Source: Eimeria praecox (taxonomy: Eukaryota). From it: a DNA stretch of 64,000 bases. Positions 18,728-44,404 of this stretch are shown here, one piece after another. The notes under the pieces are model-generated. The model ran no database searches, was not told where the DNA came from, and worked only from the letters and a program-made list of their open reading frames with translations. The stretch covers positions 2,046,001 to 2,110,000 of the forward strand of contig OY986946.1 of the NCBI GenBank assembly GCA_963920595.1, written 5' to 3'. Both the position numbers and the translations under genes were made by a program. Position 1 is the first letter of the stretch. Each line of letters begins with the position of its first letter.

Positions 18728-20715
18728 TGTGGGAGCGGTGTGTCTTGAAAACTGGCGGTAAATGTGCCTAAAATGAAAAATAAAGGACTTTATAAGAGTC
18801 GCTTAAGCTCAAGCGCTTCTTATTTTCTAAAAAACTCCACAGCATTAGGCCCTATACAGCCCCGGCGGCGCGCCAGGTGCGAACGGGATTCCTTCCTCCC
18901 GGGCCCCTCACCGTGGCTGCATGCGCCGATGATTTGACTTTCGTTTTCGGCCTCAGTTTCCCATAAAGCCCCCAATGAAAATGAACGGATTGCGAAATAT
19001 TTACATTTGAAAGCTGAAAGCAAAAGTTGTGAGCGTGACTTCAACATAACTCAGCTCAAAGCGAGAACCTGCAATAACCGCGCTCCAGTGCAGATTTCAA
19101 TGTTGCAGCTGTCCCTCATGCGCACTGCCGCCACGCGCCCTTCTTGTCTGATTGCAGTTTTTGACTGCTCAAAGCGATGCAGTTGTACTAGCATGATACT
19201 TTACAATGCATATTTGTTTATATTTCATGTTTATGAGGCAACTTTTGCAGAGTTGCTTGCTTAGTTGCTTTCGAGTTAGCAGTCAGTCAGCGTAGCGCGT
19301 GAGCGCCCAGAGGGCAATGAGCAGCATTAGCCAACCAAAGGGAATATAAACGTTCTAAACGACGTACGTTCTTCGTATTTAGTCATCACCATCTTCACCA
19401 CAGCTATTACCGATGCCACTGCAACTTCTCAAAGCAACGATCTGCATCGACAGCTATACAGCGTATGCAGGGTTTCAAAGTATGTGCCTGTTCCCTTCGT
19501 ATTATGCGCTCAAGTTTTGTCTAGACTTGCCACTGAAGTGTACAGAGGCAGCTTGAGGGGCTTAGAGCTGCCTCACCATGCCTTCAACTTCGCAAGGTGA
19601 ATGAGAAATGTGTAGCATGGCCTGTCTGGAGCTGGCACATATGTATCTATGTGACGCAAAGTAGCCAAGCAAGTGCTTTATAACAATGTGCTAATATAAA
19701 ATAGTAAGATTTTAATGCAGCAGGGTTTGAGAGGTTGAGAGCTGCGTTACAACTCACGAGAGGCCTCTATCATTCAGGGGCCATCAGCCCCAGGCCTTTC
19801 TGCCGTTATGCCCAGGGCACCTAGAGACTGCGGGGAGGTTATTAGTTGCTTTGCGGGAATTATATTACCTCAAGCATTTGGGCTCCATTGTATCACACGC
19901 GGGGCCTCGTTCAAAGTCGAGGGCTCTCATTCCATGTGCATATGCAAGTACATCCCTAGAATGCTAAAGCCTGCTGTATCTGCGGTAAAATGCGTTTACT
20001 ACAGCAAACTAGCTAGCAGAGAACACCTAGTACAGACTTTATTCTCCCGTCAATGCACATGCAAGAACGCATACGTTGCCAGCGGCACCTGAACAGCAAC
20101 AAATTAGGTTTGAGTCCTCTTGGCTGAGCTCATACTGTTGGTATGAAGTAAAGAGAAGCAAAGTCAAACCAGTGAGATTTTGCACATGTATGCGTATCAG
20201 TGCACATAACAACGTTTGCAAACTGCGTTAGATGCTGCAATATCTAGATTTTAATGCATATTTAATTCCAAAAGAGAGGAACGCAGGCAGCTAGAAGACA
20301 AACCTAAAAGTACGAATACAGGCAGTAACAACATGGAGAGCAGCAGTTAAAAGAATAACAACTGCAGCGACAGGAACAACCGTAAGTGCCGTGAAGCGTA
20401 GCGCGAGTAATGACAGCAAACGTATTTATACTACTAGCTACAGTATTCATAAAAGCATGAGAATCATTGTCTTCCAGCATACCACAAGAGCTGGTCCTCA
20501 GTACTTGATTGCCTTGTCTCTTTAGAAGTTTAAAATGACAGCGGGGGGCAGAAGTGGAGGAGGCACTTCTGCTTTCTGCCACGCCCTGCCCTCTTTGTCA
20601 TGAGCATTTGGAATATTCAACGATTCTGCCGACAGTGCCGATTCAGCAGGAGAGGTATAAAGGCACAAGGCCACCACAATGAGACACTCACAAGGCACAG
20701 CATAAAATAAGCATG

Positions 20716-20765
<50 letters not shown>

Positions 20766-21329
20766 TAGATATCCAGGGATGTCTTCCTTTGACGATGCGC
20801 TTGAACATGTCAGCTTTGCTCGGTGTTCGCCGCAGCTGCTTCACGTTCTGTGCAAAACAGAAGAGGGTGAAGAGCGAACAGTTAAGCATACATCAGCAGA
20901 AGGCTTATCACTTGCAGCAAATGAGCGGACGGGAGGAGAGAGGGGAGTGTGCCTATGGGTGAGCATGGCTGTGCAGGGGACAGAAACAGTAGCAAAAGTA
21001 AAGAGCATCATAATACGGCTAGCCAGAACGAATAGAGGTAGTAGCACGAGCAACCAGAAGTTCATAATACAGGCATTCTGACTATGGTAGTGACAGCAAT
21101 AATAAATGATGACACAGGCAGTATGAATAGAGGAGGTTAAAACCCAAAGTGACAGCAATAGTGAGGCTCGCAGCAACTGCAGACTGCATTCACAAGCGAA
21201 ACGGTAGCAATAATGAAAAAAGGTGCAGCGAGCACAACAACTAGGGCAAATGCTATGACGGTGGTAATGAGAGTAACATGAAAATGTGAAATAAAGTGAA
21301 GCAGCAAGTATAAAGAGTGAAGCGTCTCC

Positions 21330-22143
21330 TCAGGCAGGACCTTTAACTTTTTCTGAAAAGAACTTGTAACAGAACTCGTACAGCTTATAGTCCAGCAAAT
21401 TCCCCTCTGAAGAACGCAAGGACCATTTTCAACCCCTAATCGCAGACCCCTAATCCTGAATCAAAACCCTAAACTCTAAACCCGTGGTCCTATGCCTAAG
21501 GCCCTAAGCACTAACTTAGGCCCTTTAACTTTCCGCCAACTTCGCCGCAATTTCGGCTCCAGGGCTTAGGGTTTAAGGCTTGTCATGGCTGGAAAGCCTA
21601 ACCGGAGGGTTCCATTCCGCTTGTCGGTTTTCCTCTGATGACCTAGCAGCATCAAAAAACAAGAAAAGAACGGGATGCACGCATCAATGCATGCCGGTAT
21701 GCATGCAGAGGCGAGGAAGGCCCCCACGCACGCACATCCAATCGCATGAACTTACTAAAGCTCAACAAAAAAAAGCAGTAAGGGCAAGCAAACTAAGTAC
21801 AAAAGAAGCAAACGGTCTCCGCACGCCGTCCTGGTTGAAAGGCTTTACTGCAATGGTGTGCATGTATAACAAGGCAGCTACGGACGCAGTGTGTTATCTG
21901 GACTATCTATAGATGCAGACAGTTGAAAGTAAGATACAGCATACGGAATTCAATATAAGAAGGAAGTGACAAGAACAAAGATGAGCATAGCAGTCACAAA
22001 GCAGTCATGACACCCAATATAAATAAATGGAAACACAGGCAAAGGAATACTTCTTTTGTCAGCTCCTTCAAAATAACCGGAAGGTTTGGAGGGACGTTGA
22101 TTTGTTCTGCGCAGAAAATGCGCTCATATTTGCAATCTTCCAT
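21330..22143 (-). CDS. Small RIIa dimerisation/docking-domain protein, radial spoke protein 11 / ropporin-1-like
   Basis: Exons 22143-22051, 21642-21603 and 21406-21330 splice in phase to MEDCKYERIFCAEQINVPPNLPVILKELTKEVIRGKPTSGMEPSEGNLLDYKLYEFCYKFFSEKVKGPA* (69 aa). IFCAEQI-x-x-P-x-x-L-x-x-ILK-x-x-TKEVIR matches the RSP11/ROPN1L N-terminus as recalled. A possible alternative last exon lies at 20847-20810. Confidence 0.82.
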
Positions 22144-24385
22144 TTTCTCGCCCCACGCCCTAAACTCTACGGGCACACAGAAAAGGATGCGCATTTGGAG
22201 TCAGCGATTGCGTCATCTCGCCGTTATGCTGTTCGTGTTTGTTGCGCTGGTTGGGAAGATGCTTCTGCTGCTGAAATGGGAGCGATTAAGAATAGAAAAT
22301 ACATAGGCCCTACACCCCTACCCCTATAAGCGTAACCCCGATATCGTACAGCCTAAGCCTTTTGCCTATATCCTAATCACGTAAACCCTAATCCCTGAAC
22401 TCTAAACTCTGGGTTGCAGTCTGAGGGGTTGTCTGGCACAGTTCCAGCCGATGATGTTCCCCTTCTGGCATTTCTTGTAAATTTGATCTATAATACGTGC
22501 TTCTGCTTGTTTCTGCAGACGAAAACCACTGTTTTACGCGTGTATGAGCGCTCACAGAGGCTTCTAATGGAGGAAACCGTTCTGGAATCTTTTTGAAAGT
22601 GGATAGAACGACTTCAATTATCTATGTAGAATGCCTACTTATTTCAACCAGTTTCCTATTCTCGACGGGGAATCTGGCTTTCCGTGTTCTTGTTCGTCGC
22701 CCTCCGCAGACACGCCAACTACCGTGCTGCTCCCAGCTCCTCGTATCACCTAATAATATGTTGTTCTTTAGCAGCTAAAATGAGCTCTATTCAAAATAAA
22801 TTGGCATTTTCCCAATGAAAAGCAAACAGGAAGAAGATATTTCAATCGGCAATGAGCGCCGGCACAGCCCTTGGGGCTGCCGCCCTCCTGTCGCCTTCGG
22901 CGTCGCCGCCGACGCCACTGCATTTCAAGTAAAGAATTGGTAATAACTAATTTTTAGTTTGTATAGAAAGAGTTTTTGACTCGTAACGGCGAGAAGGCTT
23001 GCGTGAAAGCTGCTAGTACGAGATCCAGTGGACAACTCGGCACTGTGCACACACCAGCAGGAGTTACGACAGCCCCCTGAGATAAGTGAAGTGTGCTTGG
23101 CATTTTTGTTCATTTGTACGCCTCTGTCTTGGGGGGAAAGACAAACAACAACAGAGAATGAGCCGTTGCACACTGCACACCACTTCGCTAGGTCGTTCGT
23201 ATTGGAATATGCTTCCCTGGTTCCCTCTGAAATGACGGCAGCTTGCAAAATAATTGTATTCAATGCATCGAATTCATTTCAGCAGCAAAGACAACATTGC
23301 GTGCCTCGCCACTAGCGGTGTACGTTGGAGAAACGGCACCGGCGAAGCCCGCAACATGCACAGTGTTGGCGCCCTACAATACCAGCTGTTCTTCAGTTTA
23401 GAAGTAAATGCAGTAAATGCAGTAAATGCAGTAAAGTAGCTTCTTTCCAGTGTTAGTGTACATCCGTTGATGCCTAACCTTATTGGTGAGGGCTCAATTC
23501 AGAGATGAAGCATGAAATACATTCTCTAATGCAGAGCACGACAAGGAAAGAGGTCGCGCTTTGGCTTTCCTTTCCTCTAGTTCATTCCTTAAACTTTCTG
23601 TAAATCCACAAACAAAAGGACAAAGGAGAGCGATCGGCAACTCCGCACGCAGGAACAGCAGCCCTTCTGTTGTCTGTTGCAGTACATGAGACTGATAACG
23701 TTGCGCTGGCGTGAAAAGCAGGTCGCCAGTTCACTCCTTCTCCCCCATTTCTGCTTTTAGTCAGGCTACGTCGGTTTTTCACGTTAAAGGGCACGTTTCA
23801 GGTTGATCCGAATAGGAATACGTAGAGCGGCAGCAACACTAACAGTACCGGCTTCAGCAACAGCCTCAGCACAGCAGCGACAGTAACAGCTTAAGCAGGC
23901 AGCGCATGCATGTGGCTGCACTTCCCCGTCTTCTTATCATTTAAGGGGAAGCAGCTTGTGCAGTGTGACGCTGAGGATCTCCTTAAACTTTGACCTTTTT
24001 CTCTGGCCCTATGCCTCCCAATTTTTCATTTCAAGTCCTCGTTTCCAAGGCCTTCCTCCTCACCGCCGTTCACTTTACAGGAAAACACTGTGATATCAAT
24101 CTTCTCGTAGCGGGCTTCGCTCTTTCTGTTGATGTGCAATCATGCACTTGAAGCTTTAAGGCCGGCTGTCCTCCTTAGAAGCTAGGGTTCGCTGTGCCAC
24201 CGCCTTCTTGCTGATTTGTTTGATAACTCATTCATTTGTTGTGCCATCGCATTTGCTTTGTCTCCTCGAGGCAACATATCTTTTGAGCCCTGAAGGCTTG
24301 GCATCGTTCAATGACCCACAGCACGTAAGCGCCGAAGAGAAGAACGGACCCCCTTTGAACTGGAACACCTCGCCGCACATACAAA

Positions 24386-27130
24386 ATGATTGACTCGCAC
24401 GCCGAGGCCGACGCCTCCAGCGGCGGCAACAACAGTACTGCAGACCATCAGCCCCGGGAGCAGGAGCAGCAGGATTCTGAGCCGGAGGAGATAGGCAGCA
24501 GCAAGATTCAAGTGTATCTGCGGATGCGTCCCATGGAGGGTCGCTGTTGGTGGCACCGCATTGGGGGAGCGGAAAAGCGGACGCTAATAACAACTATCCC
24601 TAAGGGGGAGTCTGCTAGCAGCAGCAGCAGTGCTTTGAACAACACGCGGCAGGAATACGCGTTTCAGTTTGATGGAATATACAACGAAAATGCCACACAG
24701 GAAGAAGTTTTCTCAGGAGTGGCACTACCTGTTGTTAACGACGCTCTTCGGGGAATTAACGGAACTATCTTTGCTTATGGACAGACAGGAACGGGGAAAA
24801 CATACACCATCACAGGAGCTGCAGAAGCATTTGAACTTAGAGGCATAATACCTCGAGCCTTGGCGCACGTCTTCGACTTCGTCGCCAACTGCACCTCGAG
24901 AGAATTCTCTCTCGCCGTCTCGTACCTCGAAATATATCAGGACAAAGGATACGACCTCCTTATGAAAGCTGAAAGGCAGAATAACACCAGTAGTAGGAAC
25001 CTTGAGGACTTGAAGAGAGTGTACGCAGTAGCGGACGAGCAGGGGAAAGTCTGTTTGCGGGGTTTGTCCGTAAATCCAGTGAGGACAGAGGAGGAGGCGT
25101 TGAATTTGTTGTTTATAGGAGATGCAAACCGCATAGTGGCGGAGACGCCTTTGAATGACTGTTCAACCAGATCCCACTGCATCTTTACTGTGTGGATAGC
25201 CAGCAAAGAGACAGGCAGCAGCAGTACGAAAAAGGCAAAGCTGCATCTGGTAGACCTGGCTGGCTCAGAGCGCGTGAAGCAGTCTGGCACAAGACCAGGT
25301 GACTGCATCTTTCAGGAGGCCTGCAGCATCAACTTAACGCTGCATTACTTGGAGCAAGTGATCGTGGCGTTACAACAGAAAGCAGCCGGACAGGCTACAC
25401 ACGTGCCCTACAGAAACTCCTTGATGACTTCGGTGCTCAAAGACTCGCTGGGAGGCAACTGCAAGACAAGGATGATCGCCACTGTTGCTCTCGAGTTGTA
25501 TGCAATCAATGAAACCATCAACACTTGCAGATTCGCACAGGCTGTCGCGCAAGTCCGGAATGAAGCTGAAGTCAATGAAGAAGAAGAACCCTCTGCTATC
25601 ATTCAAAGGCTGCAAAAAGAAAACGAAAAGCTCAGGGGCCAGCTGCAGCTAGCAGCGGCAGCAGCAACAGGAGAAGACATCGAAATCACCGAGGAAACAA
25701 ATGCAATCTGCAGAGACGCCGTTGAACGCTTCCTCATGGCCGAAGGGGCAGACACTCAACTCCCAGTGACGGCGGCACGCGACCTGCGCTCGGCCGATGT
25801 TTGTTTCCGCCTGATGAGAGAGAAGTACAAAGAATTAAAATCAGAAATGACAGACGCAAATGGCCGCTGCAGGCGCCGTGATTGCAAGGAGGCACTGCAG
25901 CGGCTCCAGCTGCACGTAGAACAACGAGATGCAGAAATAGCAACCTTACTAGGAATTATACACCAAAGTTCAGACCCAGCAAGCAACAGCAGCAGCAACA
26001 CCGGCAACAATGTCTACGACCCCCTAGGAGCGCTTACGCGTGCGGCAGTTGAAGCAGCAGTAAGAGCGGGGTCGGGATTTAGAGAAAGAGACGGAAATGG
26101 GGAAGAGGAAAAGCCGTGGCTAGCTGGGGCCGAAGCTACCGCCTTGCTGAAAGACAGAGGGCGTGCATTTGAAGTGTTGAGACGCAGTGCTAGGAAAACG
26201 GAGTTCTTAGAAGCCGATTCAAAACGCATGCAGGAGCTGTACATGGAAGCAAATAAATGCAAAGAGGCAGCGATGAAAGCAAAAGAAAAGATAGCCGATG
26301 CGAGAAGCAGTCTGGAGAAAATTCGAATACGAAAATGCCTGCAGAGCGGCAATAAAGGAGAAATCCTTCTAGAAGAAGACACTCCAGAAGAAACCCATCT
26401 GTTGCAGCAGGTTGCCGTCTGGCGCGATGAGTACATAAAAAACATCAATGACCTCAATGCTGCTAAAAGAGAACTCAAACGCCTCTATCTAACTGTTGAA
26501 AGAAATCGAAAGAAACTGCAACAAGACTTTGAAGGGTGGTTCAACACAATTGCCAATAAAGAACAGAGTGAACTGCCAATACAGCCCAGCTCCATGCAGA
26601 AAAGTGCCCTGTCTGGCCTTCCTGCTACTTTAGATTCTCTTCAGGACGCTCTACTTCCTAATGCATCGCCTCAGAAAGAAGAAGATCAACTTCCAATGAA
26701 CGCGAAACAGACAAACACCAGCCAGGTAACTCCATGGTTTACGCCTCATAGTGCTTTCGCTATGGGATTAGAGAACACAGAACAGCAGCTAACGCCGGTA
26801 GCAGCAGTATCAAGTCCACCGCTAGAGGAGGCCTCTATGCTGAACCTTCCTGCTGAAGAAAGCATGAATAGGCCTCGGCCCCTAGCGTTGGGATGTGTGG
26901 ACATGGCTGCATGCTCCTCTTCTAATCGAGAACGTTCCTCTTCCTTAGTCTCTTCTCAGTGCAGTTCATCTCTAGATAATCATATTGTAGGCGAAGTTCC
27001 GCCTACCGAGGTATACACTGGCGACCCCTCGGCAGATGCGGATATCAAAGCGTTTTACGAGGCCGTGGCTGCTGGCTCTGGACTCCAGGCGACTGGGGGA
27101 AACAAAGAAGAAAAGCAAATGTACTGCTAA
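24386..27130 (+). CDS. KIF6: Kinesin-9 family motor, KIF6-like, single exon, 914 aa
   Basis: Uninterrupted ORF with IQVYLRMRP, P-loop AYGQTGTGKT, switch I STRSH, switch II LVDLAGSER and HVPYRNSLMTSVLKDSLGGNC. KIF6-type features: LLFIGDANRIVAETPLN, INLTLHYLEQVIVAL and the C-terminal TGDPSADADIKAF. Coiled-coil tail. Confidence 0.93.
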   Translation: MIDSHAEADASSGGNNSTADHQPREQEQQDSEPEEIGSSKIQVYLRMRPMEGRCWWHRIGGAEKRTLITTIPKGESASSSSSALNNTRQEYAFQFDGIYNENATQEEVFSGVALPVVNDALRGINGTIFAYGQTGTGKTYTITGAAEAFELRGIIPRALAHVFDFVANCTSREFSLAVSYLEIYQDKGYDLLMKAERQNNTSSRNLEDLKRVYAVADEQGKVCLRGLSVNPVRTEEEALNLLFIGDANRIVAETPLNDCSTRSHCIFTVWIASKETGSSSTKKAKLHLVDLAGSERVKQSGTRPGDCIFQEACSINLTLHYLEQVIVALQQKAAGQATHVPYRNSLMTSVLKDSLGGNCKTRMIATVALELYAINETINTCRFAQAVAQVRNEAEVNEEEEPSAIIQRLQKENEKLRGQLQLAAAAATGEDIEITEETNAICRDAVERFLMAEGADTQLPVTAARDLRSADVCFRLMREKYKELKSEMTDANGRCRRRDCKEALQRLQLHVEQRDAEIATLLGIIHQSSDPASNSSSNTGNNVYDPLGALTRAAVEAAVRAGSGFRERDGNGEEEKPWLAGAEATALLKDRGRAFEVLRRSARKTEFLEADSKRMQELYMEANKCKEAAMKAKEKIADARSSLEKIRIRKCLQSGNKGEILLEEDTPEETHLLQQVAVWRDEYIKNINDLNAAKRELKRLYLTVERNRKKLQQDFEGWFNTIANKEQSELPIQPSSMQKSALSGLPATLDSLQDALLPNASPQKEEDQLPMNAKQTNTSQVTPWFTPHSAFAMGLENTEQQLTPVAAVSSPPLEEASMLNLPAEESMNRPRPLALGCVDMAACSSSNRERSSSLVSSQCSSSLDNHIVGEVPPTEVYTGDPSADADIKAFYEAVAAGSGLQATGGNKEEKQMYC

Positions 27131-29324
27131 TGCGGAAGAGAGAACGTAGTGTGTGATACTAAAAAGTCAAGAATTAGATCGATACGCAGCTAGTGCACAC
27201 GCCATCCAGAAGGCCAACACGTAGTACTCATCTCGGAAATAGAGGAACACAAGTCCCCAAACCACCCAAACAGGTGTCCCCATGATAGGCTAGAAGCATC
27301 TAAAGGTATAAAATACCGTAGTGTTTACGCGCGCTGCCTGCACTATCTCGTTCGAAAGTAAACAAAATCAGTTTCGATGCACCAGCCAAAGAGAACTGAA
27401 GTAGTTTAGGGAGCTGCTTGCCTACGATTCTGCCGCGTTATTCGTCTGAGTACTTTTCATCAAGTGCCTGGAAAAAGTAACGCAACATGTTCCCCCTCCA
27501 GCTTTGAACACAGCTGCTTCTACTCGTTGCGACGGGCTGACGCATATTAGTCATCACGCATGCACAACTAGAAGATAGTTTAACTGAATCACTTAGAAAC
27601 TTCTGAAGAACTCCCTACTCCGGTTACTCCATAGTTGTCCTCTGTGCACTGAGCAATGGAGGAATAACAAATGCTGTTCATGCCTGCTGCAGCGACTGTA
27701 TCTATGTAGGTAGAAACGTAATTGAGAATCAAAAGGGGTTCTACAATGTACCAGTATAACCTACTGGCGCCTTCATGCGTAATGCTTATCACGCTTAACA
27801 GTGCCTGATGCAACTCCGCATGCAAGCGACAGATGCAAAAACTCCCTCTACACGCTATTCTAAGCCCTAACTTTTCTACCCTAAACCAGAAGGTCGCTTG
27901 CCTACGTTCCCATAAGGATATAGCTCTGGTTCTTGTATGAACCCTGCGCAGCCCTTCCTGTCCGATCGCTAGCCTCACTCTCCTCAGCTACAGCATAAAA
28001 TGTGCACGCAAAATCTTCAAATTTAATTTATATATGTTGAAAGTAGAGTTCGTTAGGAAAGGCACTAGTTATTTCCATTCGTTCACCCATCCAATCTGCA
28101 AGGTCCACTGGCCGCTTCAGGAGCGGAAACTGTTGTGGGGGGTCAAACAGAGTGTTGACCTCACATACCTGCGCCTTCCGTTGTTCAATGCATTTAAAAA
28201 AGACATATTAACGTCAAAGACGCAAAAGTGTACCGGAAGAAGATAATGGCTAGCGGCTGAGGCTGGCCTGCAAACTTCGTCTGCGGCTTTTGGGGCTGCA
28301 TGCAGAACCGACCAGGCGTGTCTAAGTTTTTAAAAGTGTTTATCATTGTAACAGTTAAACGAATAATTTTTAGTTCGGCTTAACGTTGTTTCATAGCCTG
28401 GATCTTTGTTCGTGTCCAACTAGTGAAGTGACTATATATTGCCGTCGCTGCAGAGCCACTCGGTCTGTAAACGCTATGCCCTGAACCCTAACTCTACAGC
28501 TTCCGCCAGTAAACTTCCGTACAACTTAGATCGGGAACACTGAACTTCCAAGTCTGTCCTACAAATTCGAAACCCTAGACGCTGTGCTCCCTTGTAGGGA
28601 GCGGCAAGCAGTACTTGGGAGTGACTGTCCGCACAAGCCAGCCAGGGCAAAGCCAATCCCTCGCACAACCCGAAGTACTTCTGGGACGGGAAAATCTTAT
28701 AGATGGACGTTGGAAGACAAAAAAGTTAGTTTATGCAGTGCGATCACAAGTTTACCTTTTGACCCAGAGCTTGGTTGCTGCCTTTCCTTAAGTAGGCCGC
28801 GCCTAGCAGCCCAGTGGCTCCATTAAATTTTAGAGTTAGCTGATAAGAATAGTAAATGTGCTATTAGCAATTATTAATATTTAGTAAAAGCGATAAAAAC
28901 GTCCAGGGAAAGAATGCAACAATGGGATCGACGCTATGCTCGTGACAGTAATCATGGGACTATATGAACAGCAAAGACAAAATTAGATAATAATCCTGAC
29001 AATGATGCCGCTAGTTGTCATAATAATGCGGGGAGAAGACAAATATGGCGTCTGCATCTGAGGGCATTGAACACACTTGTCGTTGGACACTCCGTTTTCA
29101 CAAGCTCCCTCTTGTGTTTCTGATTTAATGCAACATCAGGACCTTTTCTCTGCAGGAAATTCATTGATTGCCACATTACACAAAGCATACATATTCCCAT
29201 CATTCCTCGATGCATGCAATTTCTGTTTGCACGCATCGAGATTCATAGACACGTACCTAAACGTCTGTACTCCTCTGTATGCATATGCATGCATGGGTAC
29301 TTATATCTATAATTCACACCTATC

Positions 29325-29356
<32 letters not shown>

Positions 29357-30252
29357 TATATATATGTACATATATGCATACGTTTGCGCACATTTACGGA
29401 TGGTGTATCGTCTGCAAGCCACGAGAATCAACCCATCGGGGGGCCTTATTGCCTGTCTCTGTATAAACCTTCAACCGCCTGCTTTTTAAAAGGTATTGTG
29501 CAGTGGAGGTACTGTGGATTGCTCAGGGTCTACGATAAAGGGCCTTGAGAAGCGGGGAAATATTTAGAGGGTAAGTTCACAGTGCAGGGTTTATGGCTTA
29601 GGGTTTAAATATGGGTTTGGACTCTGATGCGTAAGTTTTAGGGTGCTTCAAATATCAGCAGCGCTAACAGGCAGCAGGTAATGCAATCGTAAATAAGTGT
29701 TTCCGCTGAATATCTTTTGTTTAAATGAGCAAATTAAAGGTCGTCGAATTTTACAAAGAGCATACACCGAAGCGTGGCGGAATCCAGTTTTCTCACCACG
29801 CAAGCACCGGTTTCTTTCAAAGCTGCTTGCATTATTAAAGTCACCTTTATTGCTACTGATGTTACTGCCATTCGTGGATGAGTCTCCATACATGAACATG
29901 AAAGCAATGAAGGCAGCAGCACAAAAACTAGAAGTCGAAGCCTGAGCGATAGTAGATGCAAGAACCCTAGTTGCCGTCATAGTTAGGATGCACAGTCAGC
30001 CCGATAAGAAAAATCGAGAAAACAAGGTTTATGCAGCAGCAAGATTAAGGAAAATCTGTTCTTTGCATTTTGTGTTCTGGAAATACCGCCTGTGGTAGTG
30101 GTAGGAGTAGTGAAGCGATGAGAGGAACAACACATAGATAAAGGCACAAGATTCATGAGTCTAATGATAGTGGTCTTGCGTTACGATATGCTTCTGTGTT
30201 TTCCGGGACCAGGAATCAAACTTGAAGTAGGGAAAAAAGCGATAAAAGGAAG

Positions 30253-42923
<12,671 letters not shown>

Positions 42924-43240
42924 CGCTGCTGCTGCTACTGCTGCTGTTGTTGCTGCTGCTGCTGTTGCTGCTGCTGCTGTTGCTGCTAATCATCTTGCAG
43001 CAGCTAACCTTTGTTCATATATTCAACTATTTGTCTATTTTAACACCCAAAGAAAATAACAGAAAAGGAAGCTGCTCCCCTAAACCCTAAACCCTAAACC
43101 CTAAACCCTAAACCCTAAACCCTAAACCCTAAACCCTAAACCCTAAACCCTAAACCCTGTACAGAATAGAAACAACAACAAATCTTAAACCCTAAAGCTC
43201 AGAGCAACAGAAGAGAGGAAACAAAGGAAGACAAAACAAC

Positions 43241-43707
43241 GATAAGATATATGTTAGTGTAAACACATATTCTTTTACTAATCAACAAATCAAATGAAAA
43301 GACGAATCACCCCTCGTCTGACTACTCAACCTAAACCCTAAACCCTAAACCCTAAACCCTAAACCCTAAACCCTAAGCCCTAAACCCTAAGCAGACAAAA
43401 AGATAAGATATATGTTAGTGTAAACACATATTCTTTTACTAATCAACAAATCAAATGAAAAGACGAATCACCCCTCGTCTGACTACTCAACCTAAACCCT
43501 AAACCCTAAACCCTAAACCCTAAACCCTAAACCCTAAGCCCTAAACCCTAAGCAGACAAAAAGATAAGATATATGTTAGTGTAAACACATATTCTTTTAC
43601 TAATCAACAAATCAAATGAAAAGACGAATCACCCCTCGTCTGACTACTCAACCTAAACCCTAAACCCTAAACCCTAAACCCTAAACCCTAAACCCTAAAT
43701 CCTAAGC
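43241..43707. repeat. 161-bp tandem repeat x3 (about 90 bp unique sequence plus telomeric heptamers)
   Basis: gataagatatatgttagtgtaaacacatattc...gactactcaac starts at 43241, 43402 and 43563 with apparently identical unique parts. Confidence 0.95.
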
Positions 43708-44367
43708 AAAATGTTGAGAAGTTACTCTCAACCCCAAAGCAAAAATCTTAAGCTTGAGGCCTAGTCGCTCTTACCTGAGGGCTGAGATGCATATCCTAGT
43801 GCGTAAACCCTAAACCCTAAACCCTAAACCCTAAACCCTAAACCCTAAACCCTAAACCCTAAACCCTAGGGCTTCATGGTTTAATCGTAGGTATTGAATC
43901 GTGAGGGTAAAACAGTTAAGCCTCCCTCTTTGACTATGAACTCTGAACCCTAAACCCTACACCTTAAGCCCTGAACCCTAACCTCTAAACCCTAAACCCT
44001 AAACCCTAAACCCTAAACCCTAAACCCTAAACCCTAAGCTGTCGTTGTGTTTCCATACAACATTAGCGTGTGTGCCCGGTGAGGGAACATACGATGGCGG
44101 CGATAGAAGGGAGAAGATATACTCGTAATGACTTTATTTTGTTGTTTTTATTTAAATAAAATAAATTAAAAGAATTAAATTGCATACAAATAACATATTC
44201 TTCCTCTCCCTCAACCCCAGGGGCCCCCGACGACTCGCCGCCGACAGCAGCACGGGGGCCCCACAGGGTATTGCTATGTTATAATATATATTTATTTATT
44301 CAAATAACAACTACTTTTCTGACTCGTTTAATGTATTTCAACTCAATAGAACCAGCTATGAGCCTTC

Positions 44368-44369
44368 CT

Positions 44370-44404
<35 letters not shown>

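Noticed and set aside
29490..29580. Strong donor GG|GTAAGT upstream of CCDC40
   Set aside because: All three frames upstream of it contain stops; at most a 5' UTR exon, unsupported without transcripts.
43241..43707. CRISPR-like alternation of repeat and spacer
   Set aside because: The spacers are identical, the repeats are telomeric heptamers, the context is eukaryotic and there are no cas genes; it is a plain tandem triplication.
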